From Verrucomicrobiota bacterium (GTDB lineage Bacteria > Verrucomicrobiota > Verrucomicrobiia > Limisphaerales > CANJXF01): 64,000 nt of DNA. Every line of letters begins with the position of its first letter. Position 1 is the first letter of the stretch. The stretch lies in contig JBBQRQ010000009.1 of NCBI GenBank assembly GCA_038214755.1, positions 1 to 64,000 of the forward strand, read 5' to 3'. The position numbers were made by a program, and so were the translations under genes. A model generated the notes under the pieces. It was not told the origin of the DNA. It worked only from the letters and a program-made list of their open reading frames with translations, and did not search any database. Of the stretch, positions 19,904 through 29,409 are shown one piece after another.

Positions 19904-22852
19904 ATGAACTTGCACCCAAAAACCTTGTCTCGATTTGTTCCCACATTAATCCTTTTGGTGCTAACTCTAGCGTGGGTTTCCCGATCCCATGGGCAAACGT
20001 GGGCTACGAATAGTCCTTTGAAGGCAGCTCGCTGGAGTCACACGGCCGCCTTGCTTACCAACGGTTCCGTCCTCATCGCGGGAGGCACCATCTACAACGT
20101 AAGCGGCAACTTCGCCGACACCAATGGCTGCGAACTTTATAATCCCGCAGCGGGCACATCCACGTTGACCGGTTCCATGCAAGTTCACCGGCACTCGCAC
20201 ACGGCCACGCGGTTGACCAACGGGCAAGTCCTTGTAGCAGGCGGCGGCGGCAATGCGACTTCGGAATTATATGCTCCATCCAGCGGCACTTGGATCAACC
20301 TTGCTAACATGAGCGATGAACGTCTGGCGCACACTGCAACGCTACTACCCAGTGGCAAGGTGTTGGCGGCGGGGGGATACAACGATAGTAACGGCCAGGA
20401 GTTGTCGAGTGCGGAGTTATATGATCCAGTTAGCGGAACTTGGACGAGCACAGGCCAAATGCCTTACGCCGCAGACAGTGAAGCCGCTGCGCTACTTACT
20501 AATGGAATGGTTCTGGTATGCGGCGGATCTCAAGATGGTAACGCGGTGACAAATTCCGCCCTTTACAACCCCGTGAGCCAGACGTGGACGAACACCGCCC
20601 CAATGAAACAGGCGCGTAGCGGACACACGGCAACCGCGCTGACCAACGGGATGGTCCTTGTTGTGGGCGGCGGCGATGTTACTGCGGAGATTTATGATCC
20701 CGTCGCCGGAACGTGGACTTATGTGGCGTCTATGAACGATGGTCGCGTCTATCCTCAAGCCCTCTTGCTGAACAACGGCCAAGTGATGGTTCTCGGAGAC
20801 GCCAATCCCCATGTGGAGTTGTATGATCCAGCCAGCGATACTTGGACTTATACCGATTCATTGCCGGTTCCCGGTCACTTCCAGACTGCCACGCTGCTCT
20901 CCGGCGGACAGGTGGTTGTCACGGGCGGCAGTGTAAGCGACTACAACGGGCCGCCGCTGGCGGTCGTGGAAACGTATGGTGCCACGTTGACCACTCCCAG
21001 TTTAACGGTCACAGCAACTCCGTTGACTGGCCCGCGACTACTTTCAGTTCAATTCACTAGTCCAAGCGTAGATAGTGGCGGCAATACTGTGACTAACTGG
21101 AATTGGAATTTTGGTGATGGTGGAACCAGCACGGCGCAAAGTCCCTCACATACCTACACCAATGTTGGTTCTTACTCGCCCAGCCTCACGGCTTATAGCA
21201 CTTACGGCGCATCGCCCCTTTCCATTACAGGCCCCGGCGTGATCACCATTACTAACCACACTCTTAATGTCACCTTTAGTCCTCAAGGCGGCCCGGCACC
21301 ACTGTCCGTTCAGTTCACCAGTCCCGGCGTGGACAGCGGCGGGAATAGCGTGACTAACTGGAACTGGGATTTCGGCGATGGCGGGACCAGCACAGCGCAG
21401 AATCCCTCGCATAGTTATACTACTGTTGGTTCTTTTTCGCCTAGCCTCACGGCCCGCAGCACTTATGGCGGATCACCTCTTTCTATCACGGGCCTTGGTA
21501 TAGTTACTGTCACGAACACTCCCAACCCTAACTTCAGAACTCTGTATAGTTTCACTCCAACCTTTGGTTCTGATCCAACTGCCGGATTGGTTTTATCGGG
21601 TAACACCCTGTATGGAACGACCTACGGTGGGGGCAGCGGGAACTATGGCACGGTGTTCTGCCTCAACACCGATGGCTCGGGATTCACGAATCTGAATAGT
21701 TTTAACCTCAGCAATGGAGCCAGACCAAACGGATTGATTTTATCGGGCACTACCCTTTATGGAACGACAGCGATAGGCGGCACTCGGGGCGGTGGCACGG
21801 TGTTCGCAATCAAAACCAATGGCCTGAGCTTTACGAATGTGCTTAATCTCAATGACGCGCTTGATCCCAACAGCGGCGATGAACCAATGGCTGCAGTGGT
21901 TTTAGCGGGTAACACCCTGTATGGGACAACGTGGTTTGGAGGCTTTTATAATAAAGGCACGGTGTTTACTGTCACCACGAATGGCACCAATAGCACTATT
22001 TTGCATAGCTTCATCACTCCTAACGGCAACAATGCAAACGCCGACGGAATTCTTCCTTCAGCCAGATTGATTATATCGGGTAGCACCCTGTACGGAACGG
22101 CGTTGAATGGTGGCAGTTTGGGACGTGGCACAGTGTTCGCCGTCGAAACCAATGCCCCCGGCAGTTTTAGGGTTCTGCATAATTTCACGCTCCCGGATCA
22201 AAGTAACGGAACGAACAGCGATGGATCTAATCCGTGGGCGGGATTGGTTTTATCCGGCAACATCCTGTATGGGACAACCTTCGCTGGCGGCAGTTCCGGC
22301 TATGGCACGGTGTTCGCGGTCAACACCAATGGTTCGGGTTTTACGAACCTGTATAGTTTCACCGGCGGCAATGGTGCTTATGGTCCACATGCCGGATTGG
22401 CTCTATCAGGCAATACCCTGTATGGAACCACCTCGGGTGGCGGCTTGTTAGGCACTCTTAGCAATGGAACTTTGTTTGCCCTCAACACCGATGGCTCGGG
22501 TTATAGGAATCTGTATAGCTTCACTGGCGGCAGCGATGGATCGGGGCCGGTGGGAGATTTGATTGTATCAGGCAATATCCTGTATGGAACGGCTGCTCAC
22601 GGCGGTTCAGGCGATGGCACCGTTTTCAGCTTCACGCTGTCAGGGCCTCGACTGACCATCACCCCTGCCGGAACGAATGTAATCTTAACGTGGTCAACCA
22701 GCGCTTCCGGTTACGCGTTGCAATCAAACATTCAACTCGGCGCTGGGGCGGTCTGGAGCTCCGTTTCTCCCTTGCCGGTCGTGGTCAACGGGCTGAACAC
22801 CGTTACCAATCCCATCTCCGGCTCACAAAAGTTTTATCGGTTAAGTCAGTAA
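19904..22852 (+). CDS. Secreted Kelch propeller + 2 PKD + GloVer (TIGR03803-like) propeller protein
   Basis: 7 HTATxL Kelch-type repeats, two WNW(N/D)FGDG PKD domains, 7 LYGTT..GG..GTVF repeats, ends KFYRLSQ. Confidence 0.88.
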   Translation: MNLHPKTLSRFVPTLILLVLTLAWVSRSHGQTWATNSPLKAARWSHTAALLTNGSVLIAGGTIYNVSGNFADTNGCELYNPAAGTSTLTGSMQVHRHSHTATRLTNGQVLVAGGGGNATSELYAPSSGTWINLANMSDERLAHTATLLPSGKVLAAGGYNDSNGQELSSAELYDPVSGTWTSTGQMPYAADSEAAALLTNGMVLVCGGSQDGNAVTNSALYNPVSQTWTNTAPMKQARSGHTATALTNGMVLVVGGGDVTAEIYDPVAGTWTYVASMNDGRVYPQALLLNNGQVMVLGDANPHVELYDPASDTWTYTDSLPVPGHFQTATLLSGGQVVVTGGSVSDYNGPPLAVVETYGATLTTPSLTVTATPLTGPRLLSVQFTSPSVDSGGNTVTNWNWNFGDGGTSTAQSPSHTYTNVGSYSPSLTAYSTYGASPLSITGPGVITITNHTLNVTFSPQGGPAPLSVQFTSPGVDSGGNSVTNWNWDFGDGGTSTAQNPSHSYTTVGSFSPSLTARSTYGGSPLSITGLGIVTVTNTPNPNFRTLYSFTPTFGSDPTAGLVLSGNTLYGTTYGGGSGNYGTVFCLNTDGSGFTNLNSFNLSNGARPNGLILSGTTLYGTTAIGGTRGGGTVFAIKTNGLSFTNVLNLNDALDPNSGDEPMAAVVLAGNTLYGTTWFGGFYNKGTVFTVTTNGTNSTILHSFITPNGNNANADGILPSARLIISGSTLYGTALNGGSLGRGTVFAVETNAPGSFRVLHNFTLPDQSNGTNSDGSNPWAGLVLSGNILYGTTFAGGSSGYGTVFAVNTNGSGFTNLYSFTGGNGAYGPHAGLALSGNTLYGTTSGGGLLGTLSNGTLFALNTDGSGYRNLYSFTGGSDGSGPVGDLIVSGNILYGTAAHGGSGDGTVFSFTLSGPRLTITPAGTNVILTWSTSASGYALQSNIQLGAGAVWSSVSPLPVVVNGLNTVTNPISGSQKFYRLSQ

Positions 22853-23022
22853 CAATAAGTTCGCCGCGCAGGAGTTCGGAGCGGGGGGGTGTCGAACTGC
22901 AGCCGAGGTTGCTGGGTTGCGCGACGATCCAATCGCATCGTTGCGGTTTCAAAAAGAATTTATCTCCTATTGCATCGGGCGGATAAGGAAATAAACTCTT
23001 GTCTAATTTTTTGACTGTCCTT

Positions 23023-25713
23023 ATGAAAGTATCGCGAAATAAAATCATTCTTGGCGCGTTGCTGTGCTTGACCGGACTGTTGGCCGCATCGGCCCAAACA
23101 CTCACGCCACAAGTCTTGCTTAATTTTCCACGAGGCCCGGTAAATCCCCAGGCCCCTCTAGTGCAGGGGCCGGATGGTAGTTTCTACGGCACGACTTACA
23201 GCGGGGGCAGCGGCAACTTTGGGACGGTATTTAAGATGACAACCAACGGCCTGCTGACCACCTTGGTCAATTTTACTTCCACTACCGGAAAGTATCCCAG
23301 GGCGGGACTGGTGCTGGGTGCGGATGGCAATTTTTATGGCACGACAACCGGCGATGGTGGAGCGGGTCCTGTCCGCTATGGGACGGTGTTCAAGGTGACG
23401 ACCAATGGCGCGCTGACCAATCTGGTCATCTTCAACTCTGCCAACGGGGCTAGACCGAATGCGAGTCTGACATTGGGCAACGATGGCTTCTTCTATGGCA
23501 CGACTTCGTATGGCGGCTTTTATGATGCCGGGACGGTGTTCAAGATGACGACGAACGGGGCTTTGACTCAACTGTTCAACTTCGACACTGTCTCTACCGG
23601 GTCGAATCCGGGGACTGCGCTGGCGCAAGGCAATGATGGTAATTTCTACGGAACGACTTCCCTTGGGATCGGCAACAACTACGGGACAGTATTCAGGATG
23701 ACAACCAACGGCGCATTGACCACGCTGGTCAACTTCGCCCAGACGAATGGATCGGGTCCGGCGGTGAGTCTGATGTTGGGCAGCGACGGGAACTTTTACG
23801 GCGGGACTCTTGGCGGCGGCAGCAACGGCAATGGAACGGTGTTCAAGATGACGACCAACGGCGCGTTGACCCCTCTGTTCGGTTTCGCCTTCGCTGATGG
23901 ATTTCCGCAGGGGAAGTTAACGCAAGGCAGCGACGGTAATCTCTACGGCACGACTTACAGCGGTGGCAGCGGCGGCTATGGGACCGTGTTTCAGATTACG
24001 ACCAACGGCGCGTTGACCAAGCTGGTCAACTTCAACTACGCCAATGGAGCCAATCCGCAGGCGGGTCTGACACAAGGCAGCGATGGTAGTTTCTACGGCA
24101 CGACGGCCGCTGGCGGTAGTAGCGGGAATGGGACGGTGTTCAAGCTCACGACTAATGGCACGCTGACTACCTTGATTCATTTTGCCTTCGTCAGCGGAGC
24201 ATATCCCAATGCCGGTCTGGCACTGGGTGGCGACGGCAATTTCTACGGCACAACCGTCTATGGGGGCAGCGCCGGGAATGGGACGGTATTCAAGATAACG
24301 ACTAATGGCGCATTGACGACGCTCGTTAACTTCACTAATGGGATATATCCGTACGCAACGCTTGCGCTGGCCAGTGATGGCACTCTCTACGGCACGACCG
24401 TCCAGGGCGGCAGCGGAAATAGAGGGATCGTGTTTAAGATAACTACTAACGGCCCATTGACATCGGTGGCTAACTTCACGTCTGCGAGCGGGTCAGTTAC
24501 CTATGACAGGCTCACGCCAGATGGCAATGGCAGTTTCTACGGCACCGCTGCCCAACAGGGCACTGGCGGTGGAGGGACGGTATTCAAAGTAGGGACTAAT
24601 GGCGCATTCACCGCGCTGGTCAGCTTCAATGGCTCTTCTACCAACGGCTATTTTCCCCGCGGGAGCCTGACGCCAGGCGGCGACGGTTACTATTACGGCA
24701 CGACAGTCTATGGCGGCAGCGGTGGGAGTGGCACGGTGTTCAAGATGACGACCAACGGCACGTTGACCACACTGGTTAATTTTACCAACAGCAACGGGAG
24801 GTATCCCTATGCGGGTGTGGCACAGGGTGCCGACGGCCTTTTCTATGGCACGACTTCCAGCGGCGGCAGCGCCTTCAATGGAAGTCTGTTCAAGGTGACG
24901 ACTAATGGCACGTTGACGACGCTAATTAATTTTAACGCTACCAACGGGGCGAATCCGCAAGCCGGTCTGACACTGGGCAGCGATGGCAATTTCTACGGCA
25001 CTACTTATAGTGGAGGCAGCAGCCTCTATTATGGGACTGTGTTCAAGGTAACGACCAACGGCACGTTGACTACATTGGTCAGCTTCAACGGCACCAATGG
25101 CGCGAACCCGACTGCGGCTCTGGCCCTCGGCAGCGAGGGTAGTTTCTATGGTACCACTTACTCCGGCGGCAGCGATAATTTCGGGGTAATTTTCCGCGTG
25201 GATTTGCCGCCAACGATTATTTCGCAACCGGCCAGCCGAACCAATAGCGTGGGCACTACCGCCACCTTTTTTGTCACTGCCAGTGGGACGCAACCGTTTA
25301 GTTATCAGTGGCGTAAGAATGGGACTAATATTCTGGACAGTGGCAACGTCTCCGGTGCGAACGCCAACACGATTACGCTGGCGAATGTTCAAGCGAATGA
25401 CGCGGGGAATTTCACGGTCGTCGTTACGAACAGTTGGGGCAGCGTGACCAGTTCCGTGGCAGCGCTGACCATTCAATTGGGTGGCACCATTTCGGTGGTG
25501 TCGCTGCAAGTGGGAGTTCCCGGCCGGCCGACGAACGCGCTCACCTTCGCGGGCATTCCGACCGCCCAATACCTCGTGCAATTCGCCACGAACCTGACCA
25601 GCAGTCCCTGGTTCATCCTGTCAACGAACACCGCGAGCGGGGACGGAACATGGACGGTAATTGATCCCACCGCCACCAATGACGAAAGATACTATCGCGT
25701 CGCTACGCCGTAA
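23023..25713 (+). CDS. Secreted GloVer tandem-repeat protein (14 repeats) plus Ig
   Basis: 14 copies of P..L..G.DG.FYGTT..GG..GTVFK.TTNG; FSYQWRKNG Ig; ends RYYRVATP. Confidence 0.9.
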   Translation: MKVSRNKIILGALLCLTGLLAASAQTLTPQVLLNFPRGPVNPQAPLVQGPDGSFYGTTYSGGSGNFGTVFKMTTNGLLTTLVNFTSTTGKYPRAGLVLGADGNFYGTTTGDGGAGPVRYGTVFKVTTNGALTNLVIFNSANGARPNASLTLGNDGFFYGTTSYGGFYDAGTVFKMTTNGALTQLFNFDTVSTGSNPGTALAQGNDGNFYGTTSLGIGNNYGTVFRMTTNGALTTLVNFAQTNGSGPAVSLMLGSDGNFYGGTLGGGSNGNGTVFKMTTNGALTPLFGFAFADGFPQGKLTQGSDGNLYGTTYSGGSGGYGTVFQITTNGALTKLVNFNYANGANPQAGLTQGSDGSFYGTTAAGGSSGNGTVFKLTTNGTLTTLIHFAFVSGAYPNAGLALGGDGNFYGTTVYGGSAGNGTVFKITTNGALTTLVNFTNGIYPYATLALASDGTLYGTTVQGGSGNRGIVFKITTNGPLTSVANFTSASGSVTYDRLTPDGNGSFYGTAAQQGTGGGGTVFKVGTNGAFTALVSFNGSSTNGYFPRGSLTPGGDGYYYGTTVYGGSGGSGTVFKMTTNGTLTTLVNFTNSNGRYPYAGVAQGADGLFYGTTSSGGSAFNGSLFKVTTNGTLTTLINFNATNGANPQAGLTLGSDGNFYGTTYSGGSSLYYGTVFKVTTNGTLTTLVSFNGTNGANPTAALALGSEGSFYGTTYSGGSDNFGVIFRVDLPPTIISQPASRTNSVGTTATFFVTASGTQPFSYQWRKNGTNILDSGNVSGANANTITLANVQANDAGNFTVVVTNSWGSVTSSVAALTIQLGGTISVVSLQVGVPGRPTNALTFAGIPTAQYLVQFATNLTSSPWFILSTNTASGDGTWTVIDPTATNDERYYRVATP

Positions 25714-25759
25714 TTCCAAGCACGCACGACCACGAACGCGTTCTGCGCAAATAAATCCT

Positions 25760-28495
25760 ATGAAAATGAAAACATTATTTCCCCCAAAACTATTTCTTGG
25801 TACGACCGTGTTGCTGGCCGGGCTGTTGGCAGTCACGGCGCAGACGCTCCAGCCACAAGTGCTGTTTAGTTTTCCACATGGCCCGGAAAATCCCTATGCC
25901 GGTCTCGTGCAAGGGCAGGGCGGCAGTTTCTATGGCACGACTTCCAGCGGCGGCAGTGGCGGGTATGGGACGATATTCCAAGTGACGACCAACGGCAAGT
26001 TGACCACGCTGGTCAGTTTTGCCTCCACCAACGGGACGCTTCCGTATTCGGGTCTGATGCTGGGTAGCGATGGCCTTTACTACGGCACCACTTACAGTGG
26101 CGGCAGCAGCAACGTGGGAACGGTGTTCAAAGTGACTACCAACGGTGCATTGACCACGCTGGTCAGCTTCATCAGCTACACCAACGCCAGCGGGGCGAGT
26201 CCGTTAGCGGGCCTGACGCCAGGCAGCGATGGCCTTTTGTATGGCACCACTTACACCGGCGGCACCGGTGGCAAGGGGACGTTGTTCAAGGTAACAACCA
26301 ACGGTGCATTGACCACTCTGGTCACTTTCAACGGCACCAACGGCAGTTTTCCGCGAGGAGATCTGGCAGTGGGCGGCGATGGCCTTTTCTATGGCATAAC
26401 TTATAGTGGCGGCAGCAGCAATAAAGGAACGGTGTTCAAAGTGACGACCAATGGCACGTTGACTACGCTGGTTAGTTTCACCTCCGTTAACGGGGAGAAT
26501 CCGCAAGCGGGTCTGACGCTGGGCACCGATGGTAGTTTCTACGGCACGACTTACAGTGGCGGCAACCTCGGCTATGGGACGGTGTTCAAGGTGACGACCA
26601 ATGGCACTCTGACTACGCTGGTCAGTTTCAACTTGGTTAACGGATCGCAACCGTATGCCGGTCTGGCACTGGGCAGCGACGGCCTTTTCTATGGCACAAC
26701 TTATAGTGGCGGCAACAGCAACAGAGGGACGGTGTTCAAGGTGACGACCAACGGCATATTGACTTCGCTGGTTAGTTTCACCAATGCCATCGCCACTGGG
26801 TCGAATCCACAAGCAAGCCTGGTGCAGGGCAGTGATGGTCTTTTCTATGGCACAGCTTCCCAAGGCGGGAGCGGCGGCAAGGGGACGGTGTTCAAGATAA
26901 CGACCAACGGCACGTTGACCACGCTGGTCACTTTCGCCTCTGTTTACGGGGCGCAACCGCATGCCGGTCTGGCACTGGGCAGCGATGGCCTTTATTACGG
27001 GACCACTTTAAGTGGCGGGAGCGGCGACCGGGGGACATTGTTTAAGGTGACAACCAATGGCACTTTGACCACGCTATTCAACTTCGACTCCATCTACTAC
27101 AACTCCAACCTTGGAAATTTTACTAATACTATCGGTGCGAATCCATTTGGGAGTATGACGCTGGGCAGCGATGGCCTTTTTTATGGCACGACTGAAAATG
27201 GCGGCAGCCTCGGCTATGGGACGGTGTTCAAGGTGACGACTAACGGCGCATTGACCACGCTGGTCAACTTCAACTACACCAACGGGGCCAATCCGCAAGT
27301 AGGCCTGACGCTGGGCAGCGATGGACTCTTCTACGGCACGACAGTCAATGGCGGTAATGCCGGTGGAGGGACGGTGTTCAAGATGACGACTAACGGCACG
27401 TTGACCACGCTGGTCAGTTTCGCTTCCACTAACGGGTCAACTCCGATTGGAAGTCTGGTGCAGGGGAGCGACGGCCTTTTCTACGGCACGACTTACTATA
27501 GCGGCATTAGCGGCTATGGGACGGTATTCAAGGTGACGACCAACGGCGCGTTAACTACATTGGTCACGTTCAACTCTGCCAACGGGGGAGGGCCGCAAGG
27601 GGTAACGCTAGGCAACGATGGGCTTTTGTATGGCACGACCTACTATGGTGGCAGCAGTGGCAAGGGGACGGTGTTCAAGATAACGACCAATGGCGCGTTG
27701 ACCACGCTGGTCAACTTCAACCACGTGAACGGAGCCTCTCCGCTAGCGGGTCTGACGCTGGGCGGCGATGGCCATTTCTATGGCACGACCGATAGTGGTG
27801 GCGGCAGTAATATGGGCACGATATTTAAGATGACGACTAATGGCACGTTGACCACGCTGGTCAGTTTCAATTCGGCCAACGGGTCGTATCCCGAAGCGAG
27901 TCTGACGTTGGGTCGCGAGGGTAGTTTCTACAGCACGACCGTCAATGGCGGCAGCGATAATTTTGGGGTGATCTTCCGCCTGGACTTGCCGCCGGGAATT
28001 ATTTCGCAGCCGGCCAGTCGAACCAATAGCGTGGGCACAACCGCCACCTTCACTGTCACTGCCAGCGGGACGCAACCATTCAGTTATCAGTGGCGCAAGA
28101 ATGGAACTAACATCGTGGATGGCGGGAATGTTTCCGGCGCAACCGCTAACACGCTCACGCTGGCGAATGTTCAGACCAATGACGCGGGTGGTTTCGCGGT
28201 AGTCGTCACCAACAGTTGGGGTAGTGTGACCAGTGCCGTGGCCGTGCTGACCGTGCAGACAGGTGGCAGCATTTCGGTGGTGTCACTGCAAGTGGGAGTT
28301 CCGGCTCCGCCGACCAACACGCTCACCTTCGCGGGCATTCCCAACGCCCAATACCTCGTGCAATTCGCCACGAACCTAACCAGCAGTCCCTGGTTCATCC
28401 TGTCAACGAACACCGCGAGCGCGGACGGAACCTGGACGGTGATTGATCCCACCGCCACCAACGTGGAGCGGTACTATCGCGTCGCTATGCCGTAA
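25760..28495 (+). CDS. Secreted GloVer tandem-repeat protein (14 repeats) plus Ig; tandem paralogue
   Basis: Same architecture as the upstream gene; ends RYYRVAMP. Confidence 0.9.
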   Translation: MKMKTLFPPKLFLGTTVLLAGLLAVTAQTLQPQVLFSFPHGPENPYAGLVQGQGGSFYGTTSSGGSGGYGTIFQVTTNGKLTTLVSFASTNGTLPYSGLMLGSDGLYYGTTYSGGSSNVGTVFKVTTNGALTTLVSFISYTNASGASPLAGLTPGSDGLLYGTTYTGGTGGKGTLFKVTTNGALTTLVTFNGTNGSFPRGDLAVGGDGLFYGITYSGGSSNKGTVFKVTTNGTLTTLVSFTSVNGENPQAGLTLGTDGSFYGTTYSGGNLGYGTVFKVTTNGTLTTLVSFNLVNGSQPYAGLALGSDGLFYGTTYSGGNSNRGTVFKVTTNGILTSLVSFTNAIATGSNPQASLVQGSDGLFYGTASQGGSGGKGTVFKITTNGTLTTLVTFASVYGAQPHAGLALGSDGLYYGTTLSGGSGDRGTLFKVTTNGTLTTLFNFDSIYYNSNLGNFTNTIGANPFGSMTLGSDGLFYGTTENGGSLGYGTVFKVTTNGALTTLVNFNYTNGANPQVGLTLGSDGLFYGTTVNGGNAGGGTVFKMTTNGTLTTLVSFASTNGSTPIGSLVQGSDGLFYGTTYYSGISGYGTVFKVTTNGALTTLVTFNSANGGGPQGVTLGNDGLLYGTTYYGGSSGKGTVFKITTNGALTTLVNFNHVNGASPLAGLTLGGDGHFYGTTDSGGGSNMGTIFKMTTNGTLTTLVSFNSANGSYPEASLTLGREGSFYSTTVNGGSDNFGVIFRLDLPPGIISQPASRTNSVGTTATFTVTASGTQPFSYQWRKNGTNIVDGGNVSGATANTLTLANVQTNDAGGFAVVVTNSWGSVTSAVAVLTVQTGGSISVVSLQVGVPAPPTNTLTFAGIPNAQYLVQFATNLTSSPWFILSTNTASADGTWTVIDPTATNVERYYRVAMP

Positions 28496-28536
28496 AGAGG
28501 TCAGTCGTGCGCAACCGCATTTTGACTTTTCGGAAC

Positions 28537-29361
28537 TCATTTCTGATTGAACTCAGTGGCGAAGCGGAAGGACTCCACGTAATGACCGTCCTTCTTCTCT
28601 TCATTCTTGCGATAGGTTTCCTTGAGAGTGGCCAAGGTTTTCGGTTCCCAGTCCGGGCGGTATTTCGTGACGGCGGGTTCGAACTGGCTCACCTGTTTGG
28701 TAATGGCGTCCAGCTTCAATTCAAAAGTGGAGTCAATGTTGACGTGGTAATTGGCGTCGTTGGTTGTAGTGTAAAAGAAATAAAGATTCGGTACGATGTA
28801 CGGTTGCAGTTTGTCCACCAGCAGGTGTTCAGGGTAGTAGAGATGAAACTCTGCGGCGCGCACGGCATCAATGGTGTTGAATGCCGCCATGCGATGATCG
28901 GTCTTGTGCCAGCGCTCGTACCACTCGCCAGGATCCACGGACAGAATTGCGTCCGGGCGATATTGCCGGATGATTTTCGTTACCTGACCGCACAGCATTT
29001 TCGGCGGGACATATTCCAACTCACCGTCATCGTGGCCCAACCAGACGATATTTTCCTTGGGAATACCCAGGACAGCGCACGAAGCCTCCTCTTCAGCCTT
29101 GCGGATGCGTGCCAGACGCTCTGAAGTCATGTCTTGATCGTAGCTGCCTTTGTTGTCGTTCGTGTAAATGACGATGATGACGCGGTTCTTGTTCTTGGCC
29201 AGCAACGCGAGTGTGCCACCGACGGCGAACGTGTCGTCGTCCGGATGCGGCGTGAAGGCGACGATGGTTTTGTTGGTGTAGTTTTCGAGCCGTTCAGCGG
29301 CCCCGATTTCCGCAGCGCAAGCCAGCAACACAACTAGGAGCAACAGAATTTTTTCCTTCAT
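28537..29361 (-). CDS. Secreted PIG-L/LmbE family deacetylase
   Basis: PHPDDD and HKTDH metal-binding motifs; signal peptide. Confidence 0.88.
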   Translation of the reverse strand: MKEKILLLLVVLLACAAEIGAAERLENYTNKTIVAFTPHPDDDTFAVGGTLALLAKNKNRVIIVIYTNDNKGSYDQDMTSERLARIRKAEEEASCAVLGIPKENIVWLGHDDGELEYVPPKMLCGQVTKIIRQYRPDAILSVDPGEWYERWHKTDHRMAAFNTIDAVRAAEFHLYYPEHLLVDKLQPYIVPNLYFFYTTTNDANYHVNIDSTFELKLDAITKQVSQFEPAVTKYRPDWEPKTLATLKETYRKNEEKKDGHYVESFRFATEFNQK

Positions 29362-29409
29362 TTAGATGATTTGTTTTAGTGACCAGGGTCAACGATTCGG
29401 AATGCATAT

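Noticed and set aside
22853..23022. Riboswitch or ncRNA in the intergenic region
   Set aside because: No recognisable conserved motif; an Rfam search would be needed
23140..27970. Regular ~150-bp periodicity suggesting a CRISPR or other DNA array
   Set aside because: It is the codon-level trace of in-frame GloVer protein repeats, with synonymous variation and no constant repeat-spacer structure
25140..28495. Similar 3' ends as a DGR template/variable repeat pair
   Set aside because: Both copies are coding, differences are not adenine-specific by eye, and no reverse transcriptase is present
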